Source of the DNA: Planctomycetota bacterium
GTDB taxonomy: Bacteria > Planctomycetota > Brocadiia > JAADGH01
Assembly: GCA_040755855.1 (NCBI GenBank)
Contig: JBFMAD010000005.1
Coordinates: forward strand, 32,001 to 96,000
Direction: 5' to 3'
DNA: 64,000 nt
Shown here: piece after piece, positions 10,658 to 20,293 of the stretch
Position numbering within the stretch: position 1 is the first letter of the stretch
Layout: each line of letters opens with the position of its first letter
The notes under the pieces: model-generated
Databases searched by the model: none
Seen by the model: only the letters and a program-made list of their open reading frames with translations
Told to the model about the DNA's origin: nothing
Position numbers and translations under genes: made by a program

Positions 10658-10686
10658 AATATACGGCTTTTTATGGATTTTGTCAA
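10658..10686 (-). promoter_or_regulatory. Sigma70-like promoter of tRNA-Ser
   Basis: TTGACA-17 bp-TATATT on the minus strand. Confidence 0.6.
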
Positions 10687-10943
10687 CGTAAATATGCGGC
10701 AATCCGTTTTTGCTCTTGTGGGAAGGCTGGTATTTCCACGACGGGAACACGATTGTTTGATTTTCCGAATTTCCCCGCACGTCGCCGCGTAGAGAAGGCA
10801 GAGAGTAATCCTGCGAAAAAAACATGACCGAAGGGGAGAAATAACGTTGACACAGCCGCCGGGCCTGCTGTAGCATAAGATACTTTTTCAGGACATGCCT
10901 CGACAGCGCGAATACATGGGTCTTTAAGGAAGGGAGATGCGGA

Positions 10944-12839
10944 ATGATGAGAAGGATAGGAATTACGGCCTTGGTTGGCGCACTGTTGTTGGGGTTCCTG
11001 GGTCAGCCGACCATGCTCAACGCTCAGCAGAGCCAGTTGCCGCAGGACTGCGTAGTTGTCATACATACGCCAAGTCTTCAGGGCGCGGTGAACAAGGCAT
11101 CCAACCTGGTTTCCCAGATCAGTCCGATGTTCGGGCAGATGGTGCCGATGCTGATCCCCAAGGTGGTCGGCGCCCAATCGCTGGCCGGGATTGATATGAA
11201 CGGCGAGTTCAACGTCGTAGTGCTGAACCCGAAGCAGTACGCGGGGAAGAACGTTGTTCGGATAGTTTCTCTCGCCGATGCAACGGCGGCCCTCCAGAGC
11301 TTCGGCCTGGGGGCGCGCGCCGAAGGTAAACAGGGCGTGGCCAATGTGTTCGCTCAGCTCGATCAGGCGCGTTGGCTTGCCGCGACGCCGGAACAGAAGC
11401 AGAACATCGAGCAGTTCATCCAGAAGAGATTCTACGTCGCCATCGTAGGCAACAAAGCCATCGCCGCCGATTCCATGGAGGCATGCGGCGCCGTGGCAGC
11501 GATGCTGGAGGCGGAGACGCTGAACTGCGCGGCCGCCTGCGGCGTGAAGGGCGACCTTTGCGCGAATGTCAACATCAAGGGGTTGATGCAGATCTACGGC
11601 GAAAACATAGATAATGAACTTGCCCCCCTTAAGCGCGGCCTTCGCCAGGCCGCCCAGGCCGCCCAGGCCCAACAGCCGGATATGAATCCGGAGGCCATGA
11701 GCAACGTGCTCGATGCGTATGTGAATGCGATTCTTGATATCGTGAAGCAGCTCGATGCACTCGAACTGGCCCTGGCCCTCGACAACGACGGCCTTCGTGT
11801 TCGGGCCGCCCTGGTGGCCAGGCCGGAGAGCGGCGTCGCCAACTTTATCCAGCAGCAGGTCCCCGGCGGCATAGACGTTCTGAAGGTCCTCCCCAGCGAT
11901 TCATTTCTCGCCATATCGGGCCACTTGAAGAGCACCCCGGAACTGGAGGACGGTCTGCGCAATTTTGTGGGCAAGATCCTCGACTGCGCCCCCGGCGCCT
12001 TCACCCCAGAGCAGCGCACCGCGGCCCTTGCGAGCATAGACGAGTGGACGGACATCATTACCGGCGAGATCGGCATCGGCGTGATCCTGGCCGGAAACGC
12101 GGAAAAAACAGGCATCACGCTCGTGGAAGTCTTCTCCGTCACCGACCCGGCCGCCGCCCACAAGCTGATGCTCAAACAATTCGATCAGTCCGCCATGTTT
12201 ATGAGTTTCTATCGCAATCTCGCGGGTCTGGACATGGAGTTGGCCGTCACGGAGAACGCCGCCACCCACGAGGGCGTGACGATCACCGAGGTAGCGATCC
12301 TCTTCGATCCCGCCAAGGTGCCGCAGCAAACCCGAGAGATGATGCAGAAGATCTACGGCGATCCGATGATCGTGCGCGTCGCCGCCGCGGGCAAGTACAT
12401 GATCGTCACCTTCGGCCAGGACTCGCTGGCGCGCATGAAGCAGACCATCGAGTTCGCCAAGGCCGCCGGCGATAGCGGTCTGGCGACGCAGCCGGAGTTC
12501 GTCTCGGCCACGAAGGGCTTCCCGCCCTCGACGAACCTGCTGGTCTTCGTGAACCCGAAGGAGGTCATGAACTTCGTGAAGGGCATGATGCCCCCCATGG
12601 GGGCCCCGCCGCCCGGCGCCCAGGGCGAGCAGCCGCCGCCCGAACCCGAGCTGAAGGGCGGAATTGGGGCCTATGCCGTGACGAAGGGAAATCGAATGGA
12701 AGGCGAGTTCTACATCTCGCAGGAATTCATTGACAGCCTGAAGGTCCTCGTCATGAACCAAATGGGCGGCGGCATGCCGATGCAGCCCGGCGCTCCCGGC
12801 GCCCCGGCCCGCCGACCCGCGCCTCCCCCGCCGAGGTGA
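10944..12839 (+). CDS. Secreted hypothetical protein (DUF3352-like), Pro-rich C-terminus
   Basis: Signal peptide, long ORF with host-like codon usage, upstream TTGACA (10847)/TAGCAT (10871). Family call is tentative. Confidence 0.65.
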   Translation: MMRRIGITALVGALLLGFLGQPTMLNAQQSQLPQDCVVVIHTPSLQGAVNKASNLVSQISPMFGQMVPMLIPKVVGAQSLAGIDMNGEFNVVVLNPKQYAGKNVVRIVSLADATAALQSFGLGARAEGKQGVANVFAQLDQARWLAATPEQKQNIEQFIQKRFYVAIVGNKAIAADSMEACGAVAAMLEAETLNCAAACGVKGDLCANVNIKGLMQIYGENIDNELAPLKRGLRQAAQAAQAQQPDMNPEAMSNVLDAYVNAILDIVKQLDALELALALDNDGLRVRAALVARPESGVANFIQQQVPGGIDVLKVLPSDSFLAISGHLKSTPELEDGLRNFVGKILDCAPGAFTPEQRTAALASIDEWTDIITGEIGIGVILAGNAEKTGITLVEVFSVTDPAAAHKLMLKQFDQSAMFMSFYRNLAGLDMELAVTENAATHEGVTITEVAILFDPAKVPQQTREMMQKIYGDPMIVRVAAAGKYMIVTFGQDSLARMKQTIEFAKAAGDSGLATQPEFVSATKGFPPSTNLLVFVNPKEVMNFVKGMMPPMGAPPPGAQGEQPPPEPELKGGIGAYAVTKGNRMEGEFYISQEFIDSLKVLVMNQMGGGMPMQPGAPGAPARRPAPPPPR

Positions 12840-12869
12840 TTTCAGATCGGATCGGACGCCGAATCATGT

Positions 12870-12912
12870 GCAAACGAGCCGACCCAAAGTGGGTCGGCTC
12901 GTTTGCTTTTTC
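12870..12912 (+). terminator. Rho-independent terminator
   Basis: GCAAACGAGCCGACCC-AAAGT-GGGTCGGCTCGTTTGC followed by a T run. Confidence 0.85.
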
Positions 12913-12964
12913 CGCTCGCGCGGGGTATAATAATTAGAAGCGAAGAAAGATTGGGAAATAGACC

Positions 12965-14431
12965 GTGCCAATAGACCATCGAAATACTGTGCGCGTCATT
13001 TTCTTTGCATTCATTCTATCGGTCAGGATGGCCGCCGCCGATCCCGCCTCCGATGTCGCTCCGGCGAAGCGCCACAGCCTCTGCTTCGAGGCGGAGTACG
13101 CCAATGAGGTCACGCCCATCGTTCATGTCGTTCGGGCGAAGGGCGCGTCGGGGGAGATGGCCATCAGTGTGCCCGAAGGGGCCGGTTGTCGGCGCGGCGT
13201 GCACGATCCCGGCCACGCCGTCTATCATCTGACCATCCCGGCAGACGGCCTCTACTATACATGGTTTCGCGTGTGGTGGCAGGGGACATGCAGCAACTCG
13301 CTCTTCTGCAGCCTGCAGCCGGCGCTGCCGCGCTTCTCGGTGATGGGGAATGTGTTCAAGAAATGGCACTGGATTCACGGACCCATGGCCCAGATGAAGG
13401 CCGGGGCTGCCGTCATGGAAATCAGCTACCGCGAGGACGGCATCTGGGTGGATCAGGTCCTCCTCACCACACAACCATGCGCCGATCCCGAGGGCATCGT
13501 GGAGGCCAATACCATTCCCACACCGCCGGCCGATCAGGGCGAGATGGCCGTATCCCTCTCATCCCGGGCGATGGGCTGTGAATCACTGCCTGCCCCGAGA
13601 CTGCGCGTCACGTCCCATGTGGACCACACGGCCTCGATCCCGTCCGAGGAATCCGTTGTGCTGATCCCCGGCCAATATACCCATCTCACCGTCTGGCTGC
13701 GCAACAACCTCCTCGCGCCGGCGGCGGGTTCGGCGGCGTTTCTTGCCAAGGCAAAGATGGCGATCGAGCCGGCGGCGTCCGTCGAATACCGAATGGGGAA
13801 GGGAGAGCCGCTGGCGGCGGCGGACTTTCGGCTGCTTCCTTCCGCGGATATTCCGCGCCGGTCGCATCGGGCGGTCGTCCGGGTTGTCCTCCCGTCGGGG
13901 AAGGTGAAGGCCCGACGTCTGAATCTCCTGTGCCCTTTTAAGTGGCTGTGCTCGGAGGCGTATCCCCTCCGTCCGGAGAACGGTCTCGACGCCCCCCATC
14001 CGATCGAGCAGGCCGCCGACCCCCTCGCTGCGGGGAAATGGCGCGCCGTTGCGGATGACTGCATCACGCCTATCGGCCTGCTGGACATGCGCAAGGCCGT
14101 GAGCAAGGACGACTATGTGTTCGCATACGCCTATACGGAAGTCCGCCCCCCACAACCGGGCCGATATCTGCTCCACACCGGCAATGACGACATGATAAAG
14201 GTGTGGGTGAACGGAACGATGGTCCACCGCGAGGATTCCGAGCAGCCGACCTCCGCCACGCGGGCCTTGACGGCGGTCAACTTAGTGGAGGGGCGGAACC
14301 GCATCCTGGTCAAGTTGTGTCAGAAGAGGAACTTCTGGGAATTTTTCCTCGAAATCCGCAATGCAGACGGTAGCCCGAGCGAGGTGGAGGGATATGACAT
14401 CCAGTCGCCAAGTCCGGCAGCGCCGAAGTAG
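12965..14431 (+). CDS. Secreted protein with carbohydrate-binding-like beta-sandwich domains
   Basis: Signal-like N-terminus; FEAE...REDGIWVDQVLLT module; C-terminal AYAYT...NDDMIKVWVNG...N.ILVK module. Confidence 0.6.
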   Translation: MPIDHRNTVRVIFFAFILSVRMAAADPASDVAPAKRHSLCFEAEYANEVTPIVHVVRAKGASGEMAISVPEGAGCRRGVHDPGHAVYHLTIPADGLYYTWFRVWWQGTCSNSLFCSLQPALPRFSVMGNVFKKWHWIHGPMAQMKAGAAVMEISYREDGIWVDQVLLTTQPCADPEGIVEANTIPTPPADQGEMAVSLSSRAMGCESLPAPRLRVTSHVDHTASIPSEESVVLIPGQYTHLTVWLRNNLLAPAAGSAAFLAKAKMAIEPAASVEYRMGKGEPLAAADFRLLPSADIPRRSHRAVVRVVLPSGKVKARRLNLLCPFKWLCSEAYPLRPENGLDAPHPIEQAADPLAAGKWRAVADDCITPIGLLDMRKAVSKDDYVFAYAYTEVRPPQPGRYLLHTGNDDMIKVWVNGTMVHREDSEQPTSATRALTAVNLVEGRNRILVKLCQKRNFWEFFLEIRNADGSPSEVEGYDIQSPSPAAPK

Positions 14432-14438
14432 TCGAACC

Positions 14439-16973
14439 ATGAGACAGTATCTCCTTGTTGCCGTCGCCTTCCTTTGCATGAGTGCGGGGAACCTCTCGGC
14501 GCAGGAGAAGGAAAAGCCAAAAACGACCGTGGGGACCGTCCTGCGTGACGGTCGCGCGGCCATGGCGGCCGGAAATCGTGAGAACGCCTGTGCAATCTAT
14601 CGGCGGGGCGCGGACGAGATCGAGGGATATGGCCGCCAGGTCGTCCTCCGCGAGCTGGCGCGGATGCTGCTGGCGATGGATAAGGACGACGAAGCCATCG
14701 GCGTCTATGAAAAACTCCTGACAGAGCAGAAGGCCCCCCATGAGCGGGAGAGGGTCCTCCGCGAACTGGCCGGGGCGCTGGAGGGCATGGGCAAGCACGA
14801 GAAGGCCATCGAGATGCATCAATCGCTCATGGCCGAATACACCGTTCGCGATCCCCGCCGCTACGACGCGCTCGGCGCCATCCTCCGCATCGCGCACCAG
14901 GCCGGCAAGGCCAAGGAATACAGAGACAAGGCTCGGGATGATCTGAATAATGCGCTCCGGCAGAACCTTGCCAAGGAGGACCGGGAGGAGTTGACCTGGC
15001 GGACAGGCATGCAACTGGGCGATTCGTCCTTCATGGCAAACGAATATGAACAGGCCGCGAAGGACTACACCGCCGCCCTCCCCCATGCCCCGGAGAGCGC
15101 GCGCTATCGGATCCAGAAACAACTCCTGCTGTGTTACGAGCAACTGAAGGATTATGAGGGCGTCATCCGCGCCTGCACGGCCCTCACGGCCGCGTCGCAC
15201 GCGCGAACAGGTTCGCCATATGCAAAGAAGCTCGCCCAAGCCTATTTCATGCTGGGCAAGGACGCCGAGGGTATGGAGGCCATAGCCAACGCCGACCCAT
15301 ATACCGCCGCCTCAATCGCCGAGAGCATGACCACCGCAGGTGAGTTCGCCGCCAGCGAGAAGGTCCTCAACCGATCCCTGGAAAAAAGTCCCGACAATAT
15401 CCAACTCCTCTGCGCCCTGGCCCGACTCAACTGGTATCGGGACCGGTGCGACGAGGCGCTCAGAATCTATCGGACATGCTATGCCAGGACACCGCTGGAC
15501 GACCCCATGTTCTTCAAAATAGCGGAAAGCATCGCCGGCATCTACATTGACAAGAAGAACGTTGACGCGGCCGCCGCCGCCGAAAGAAAACACCTTGATA
15601 AGACGCCTCCCCAAAAGAATCATGAGGCCGGAAATCAGGACGACCTCATACGCGAACTCCTTCTTACGGCGCTCATGGAGCACGACGCCGACGACTATGC
15701 AAACGCCCTCCGCCACCTGATGGAGCTTGATTCGATCACAGCCGGTCACGCGCGCCTTTCGAGCAACGTGCGGGGTCAGATCGTCGAAACGGCCCTCGCC
15801 GCCGTCGGAGATCTTCTCGCCCGCGGCGACCTCGATGGGGCGGAAAAGGCGCTGGCCGCCTTGAGGAACAACCACTATCAAAGCCTTGCCTGCGACTACG
15901 CCGAGTACGTCATCCTTGAACGCAGGGGAAAAACCGAGGCGGCGGCGGAAAAACTGCGCAGCATCCGCCAGGAGCCGCGCGTCCCCACGACGCTGCGGTT
16001 GGGTCCGCAAACGTTGGGGCCTGGTTTTCTGCCGCGCATGGCGTCGGAGCGAGACCACTGGACCGCGGCCACCTTTCTCGCGCAAATCGGCATGATGGAC
16101 CTCGCCGTGGAAGAGTGGAAACGTACCATCGAGGGATCACCCCGCCAAACCAACGCCGATAAGATGGCCGCCGTCTGCCTGGGGGAGTACTATGCGGACA
16201 AAAATATGCCTCAACAGGCTCTGGAATGGTTTGAACAGGCACGCGATGTTCTGGAACAGGGAATCTCGCCGAGATACAGCGCCTACTGGCGGGGGCGGGA
16301 GCTGCAAGCGCGCTTCGAACTGGCCGGCGACGACCCGGACGTGGTCGCCCAATTTCTGAGGGACAATTCTCTTTCCTATCGCCTTGCCGCCATGGACTTG
16401 CTTAAGGACGTCGGCACGCCTGCCCATATCGCGATGATCAACACAACGGCACAAGTTATGCCCTCCGACCTGCGCGCCGCCGCCGATGCCGCAGTTCTCG
16501 GCATCCAGAGCCGTTTCCATCGTCAACTCCAGATGGGTCTGCCGACGTTTGATGAGACTAAATTGAAAAGAACGCTCTCGCGGAAGGTCAATGTGCTGTG
16601 GATCAAGCCGGATGAGGCAGAGCCTTCCTTGAGATGGATTGGGCTAAAGGATGGCTTTGTGCTACTGGCCGACCTCAAGCATCAGGCCCTCTACGACTTC
16701 TCGGATGCACTCGACCTCCTCACCGATTCCGCTCCCTCGCCCACCTGCATCGCGTTCTCCACTGCTGCGGTATGGGTGGGAACAGAACAGGGCATCTTTG
16801 CCTATGACCGGAAAAGTCGGGAGTGGTCGCAGTATGCCGTCATGGGCAAGTTTCTTGACATCGCTATCGAAAATGTCGAGCGCGTGGGCAGGGACTGGGC
16901 CGTTACCGTCCAAGGCCAGGGCCGGTTCCTATTTATCACCGCTGACCGGACTTGGCGCAAACTCTCCGAGTAA
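14439..16973 (+). CDS. Secreted TPR-repeat protein
   Basis: Signal peptide MRQYLLVAVAF..., many TPR-like helical repeats, C-terminal beta-rich segment (VWVGTEQGI). Confidence 0.7.
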   Translation: MRQYLLVAVAFLCMSAGNLSAQEKEKPKTTVGTVLRDGRAAMAAGNRENACAIYRRGADEIEGYGRQVVLRELARMLLAMDKDDEAIGVYEKLLTEQKAPHERERVLRELAGALEGMGKHEKAIEMHQSLMAEYTVRDPRRYDALGAILRIAHQAGKAKEYRDKARDDLNNALRQNLAKEDREELTWRTGMQLGDSSFMANEYEQAAKDYTAALPHAPESARYRIQKQLLLCYEQLKDYEGVIRACTALTAASHARTGSPYAKKLAQAYFMLGKDAEGMEAIANADPYTAASIAESMTTAGEFAASEKVLNRSLEKSPDNIQLLCALARLNWYRDRCDEALRIYRTCYARTPLDDPMFFKIAESIAGIYIDKKNVDAAAAAERKHLDKTPPQKNHEAGNQDDLIRELLLTALMEHDADDYANALRHLMELDSITAGHARLSSNVRGQIVETALAAVGDLLARGDLDGAEKALAALRNNHYQSLACDYAEYVILERRGKTEAAAEKLRSIRQEPRVPTTLRLGPQTLGPGFLPRMASERDHWTAATFLAQIGMMDLAVEEWKRTIEGSPRQTNADKMAAVCLGEYYADKNMPQQALEWFEQARDVLEQGISPRYSAYWRGRELQARFELAGDDPDVVAQFLRDNSLSYRLAAMDLLKDVGTPAHIAMINTTAQVMPSDLRAAADAAVLGIQSRFHRQLQMGLPTFDETKLKRTLSRKVNVLWIKPDEAEPSLRWIGLKDGFVLLADLKHQALYDFSDALDLLTDSAPSPTCIAFSTAAVWVGTEQGIFAYDRKSREWSQYAVMGKFLDIAIENVERVGRDWAVTVQGQGRFLFITADRTWRKLSE

Positions 16974-17353
16974 ATTCTTCTTCCTCTGACTTCCTGTAAA
17001 CATTCATATCGTAACTATTGTTATTTCTAAGTTATAAAGGTCTGACTTAGTTAGGTTTATTCGGGTCACCTGCGTTGCGCCCGATTGGTCCAGGCGTGTC
17101 GCCAGGGAGTAGGTTGATGGGTCGGTGGATTTTCGGCAACGTAAATCAAATTTACGTTTTAGTCCCATGTTTTGGTCCCTTTCATCCTGCTTGAGTCCAC
17201 GTGTAAAATTTTGTTCCGGGCGCAACTTACGTCGCAATAACGACTTATGGATGGTGGGTGTGGTCGCTTGCAGTTCAGGCACACCCGTTGCGATATAGCC
17301 CCAACGGAGTAACGAGGACAACCGGAAACGCGAAGAAACGAAGGAGAAAGGAA

Positions 17354-17923
17354 ATGAAGACGCTGCTGAGAGGATTGGTCGTGGGATTGGCAATGCTGAT
17401 GGGAACAATGACCGCCGAGGCGCGACCTCACCGCGTCGTCCGCCCGTCGCGGACGTTGCTGCACGGCAGGGCAACCTTACCGCGAGTGATCCATGCGACT
17501 CGTGTCGCCAGGGCCGTCAGGACGCATAGCCCCCGCCGTGTGGTTGCCTCTACGGTACTGACGCCGAGGGTCCAGACGCGTGTGGTGACTGTTCCCACCT
17601 ACACCACCTCCGGGACGCAGACGGTGGTCAAGGAGATTGTGACGAAGGAAGTCCCGGTTGAGGTTCCTGTCGTGATCACTGAGGAGACGACCGAGGCAGC
17701 CGATGAAGAAGCGACGGAGGAATCAACCGAAGAGACGGCGACCACGGACGAGGCAACCAAAGAAGACGAGGAAAAGGCCGACGAGGAAAGCTCCGAGGAA
17801 TCCTCTGAAGAGACGGACACGGACAAGTCAGACAAAGCAACAGATGAGCAGCCCGAGAACAGCGAGAGCGAAGACAATGCCACGGGCGGTAACGAGGACG
17901 CGGAAAAGACCCCCTCGGAATGA
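17354..17923 (+). CDS. Secreted low-complexity protein (basic N-half, acidic C-tail)
   Basis: RBS AAGGAG/AAGGA, signal peptide ending AEA, E/D/T/S-rich tail. Confidence 0.65.
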   Translation: MKTLLRGLVVGLAMLMGTMTAEARPHRVVRPSRTLLHGRATLPRVIHATRVARAVRTHSPRRVVASTVLTPRVQTRVVTVPTYTTSGTQTVVKEIVTKEVPVEVPVVITEETTEAADEEATEESTEETATTDEATKEDEEKADEESSEESSEETDTDKSDKATDEQPENSESEDNATGGNEDAEKTPSE

Positions 17924-17952
17924 CATAGACCAGTTGAACCAATTGGGGCTCC

Positions 17953-17984
17953 GGCGGTCGAAGGGAAGCGGCCGCCGTTTTATT
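17953..17984 (+). terminator. Probable rho-independent terminator
   Basis: GGCGGTCG...CGGCCGCC stem followed by GTTTTATT. Confidence 0.45.
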
Positions 17985-18132
17985 GCACTCTCTGGCCGTG
18001 GTTCTCCACTCAATCGGCAATCGAAAATCGCAAAACGAAAATGTTTGCCGATCTGCCCACATTCCTGTATACTCGCCTATGCATGGTTAGAATTACCGTC
18101 CCCTGCGACTGTGCGGAAACAGAGGAAGGTCT

Positions 18133-20292
18133 GTGAGGACACTCCTGAGAGACGTCGCTGTCGTTGCCATCCTTCTCGGCCTGTCCGGGTGCGGGAAGGA
18201 GTCAACCGTCCCGCCCAAGCCCAGGCCGCCCTCTCATTCCACCAAGCCCAAGAAGGCGGGGCGGACCGACGAAGGTAAACGGTTGACAAAAAAGGCCAGC
18301 ATCGCATGGCTGGACTGGGGAAAGAAGGCCCTCGATCAGGCGCGACAACAGGACCGGCCCGTCCTCCTGGCTATTTCCACGGCGTGGAGCGGATGGGAGA
18401 GCAAAATGGATCAAGGGACGTTCGCAGAGCCGGATATTCGCGCGACAATTAACAAAGCCCTGGTCCCCATTCACGTGGACGGCGACGAGCGGCCCGACAT
18501 CAACCGCCGCTACACCCAGGGCCTCTGGACCACCGCCTTCCTTACGCCCGACGGCCATCCCTTCGGCTACCTCAAGACCAACGAGGACCTCCTCTACGGC
18601 GGCAAGTACTACACCGCGAGCCGGATTGACCTCGCCATCCAACAAATGGTCGAGATGTATCAGGGCCGAAAGCAGGAATATCGCCAGGACGCCGAGTTGC
18701 TCGCCGAGCGGGTGAAGTTCCTCCACAAATATCCCCTACCACCGGACTTGGACGGCTTGAAGAATGTCCAGTCTCGCATCATGGTGGCGCTCAAGGTCTA
18801 CTACAACGAGCAATACGGCGGCTTCGACGAGGGCGAGCAAAAGGTCCCCCGCGCCGATGCGATTGACTTCCTGCTCTACGAGTACGTCCGGACAGGCGAG
18901 CGGCGGCTCCTCCTCATGGTGAACCGCACGCTCGGCGCGATGGCCGCCTCGGGGCTTTACGATCACCTCGGCGGCGGGTTCCATCGCTCCGCCGCCTCCG
19001 CCGACTGGCGCAAGCCGCACTTCGCCAAGATGTGCAGCGAGAACGCCGAGCACATCCGCAACTTCCTGCACGCCTACCAGGCCACCGGCAACGGCTACTA
19101 CAAGCGCATCGCCGAGGAGACCATCGGCTACATCACGCACACGCTCTCCAACCGAACGGAGGGCGGCTTCTGCGCGAGCCAGGCCCGCGATGATGAATAC
19201 TACACATGGAGCAAAGAGGAGATCGAGCGCGTCTTGACGAAGGAGGAGGCCGACATCGCGCTCCGCTACTTCGGCGTGGGGGAGTCCCGGAATGAGACGT
19301 CGCCGCAGAGCGGGCGCTATGTCCTCATGGCCGGCAAGTCGGTCCAGCATATCGCCAGGGATCTGCACATTTCCGCCAACGAGGTGAAGGAATCTCTCGC
19401 CAATTCTATCGAGAAGATGCGGCGGGCGCGGGCGGAACGACCCGCACCGCCTGTGGACCGGAGGCTGTTCACCGACTGGAACGCCGTGATGGCGTCCAGC
19501 TTCCTCCAGGCCAGCGTGATCCTCGACAGCAGCGTGCTCCGCGCCTTCGCACTAAAGACGCTGGATATGTTGATAACTAAATGCCATCGAAGCGACGTCG
19601 GCATGTACCACTGCCTCGACGGACCGACGCCCCGAATCACCGGCCTCCTCTCCGATCAGGTCATGACGGCCCAGGCGCTCCTCGACGCCTATACGCTTAC
19701 CGGAGAGCCGACGTACCTTAAACAGTGCCGCGATCTCGTGGCGATCCTGCTGAACGAGTTCCATGACAGGAAGGGCGGTGGGTTCTACGACCGCATTGGG
19801 GACCCCGATCCCATCGGCCTTTTGGCCGTCCCGGACAAGCCGATTGATGCCAATACGGTCGCGGCACGCTGCCTGATCCGGCTGCACCACATCACGGGCG
19901 AGAAGCAATACCTGACCGACGCCACGCGCACCCTCGGCGCATTCACGCGGGCGATCGAGGGGGAGGAGGTCGCCGCGGCCGGCTATGCCCTCGCCGTCCA
20001 GGAGATGCTGGAACCGCCGCTGCGCCTCATCGTCGTCGGGCCGGCCAGGTCGTCGGCCGCCGCCGCGCTGCTGCGCGAGGCCGTCCGGTTCTACGAGCCG
20101 CGAAAGGTCATCATCCCCCTCGATCCATCGGCCGACCCGGCGCGAGCGATAGCCTTCGGCCTGCCGCTTGACGCCAGGCAGGGGGTGTATCCCTGTTACA
20201 AGAATATCGCCGGCGACCCTATCGGCGACCCCGCACACGTCGCCGCCTTGCTCCATGTCTTTGTCAAGAAACACATGAAACCGGAGGAGTAG
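18133..20292 (+). CDS. YyaL/SSP411-family (DUF255 thioredoxin-like plus six-hairpin) lipoprotein
   Basis: W..WG..AL..A...DRPVLL, VD.DERPDI..RY, LYDHLGGGFHR, PHFAKM; lipobox LSGC. Confidence 0.82.
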   Translation: MRTLLRDVAVVAILLGLSGCGKESTVPPKPRPPSHSTKPKKAGRTDEGKRLTKKASIAWLDWGKKALDQARQQDRPVLLAISTAWSGWESKMDQGTFAEPDIRATINKALVPIHVDGDERPDINRRYTQGLWTTAFLTPDGHPFGYLKTNEDLLYGGKYYTASRIDLAIQQMVEMYQGRKQEYRQDAELLAERVKFLHKYPLPPDLDGLKNVQSRIMVALKVYYNEQYGGFDEGEQKVPRADAIDFLLYEYVRTGERRLLLMVNRTLGAMAASGLYDHLGGGFHRSAASADWRKPHFAKMCSENAEHIRNFLHAYQATGNGYYKRIAEETIGYITHTLSNRTEGGFCASQARDDEYYTWSKEEIERVLTKEEADIALRYFGVGESRNETSPQSGRYVLMAGKSVQHIARDLHISANEVKESLANSIEKMRRARAERPAPPVDRRLFTDWNAVMASSFLQASVILDSSVLRAFALKTLDMLITKCHRSDVGMYHCLDGPTPRITGLLSDQVMTAQALLDAYTLTGEPTYLKQCRDLVAILLNEFHDRKGGGFYDRIGDPDPIGLLAVPDKPIDANTVAARCLIRLHHITGEKQYLTDATRTLGAFTRAIEGEEVAAAGYALAVQEMLEPPLRLIVVGPARSSAAAALLREAVRFYEPRKVIIPLDPSADPARAIAFGLPLDARQGVYPCYKNIAGDPIGDPAHVAALLHVFVKKHMKPEE

Positions 20293-20293
20293 A

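Noticed and set aside
16974..17353. Riboswitch or ncRNA in the long intergenic region
   Set aside because: I recognised no conserved riboswitch core by eye; an Rfam/Infernal scan would be needed.
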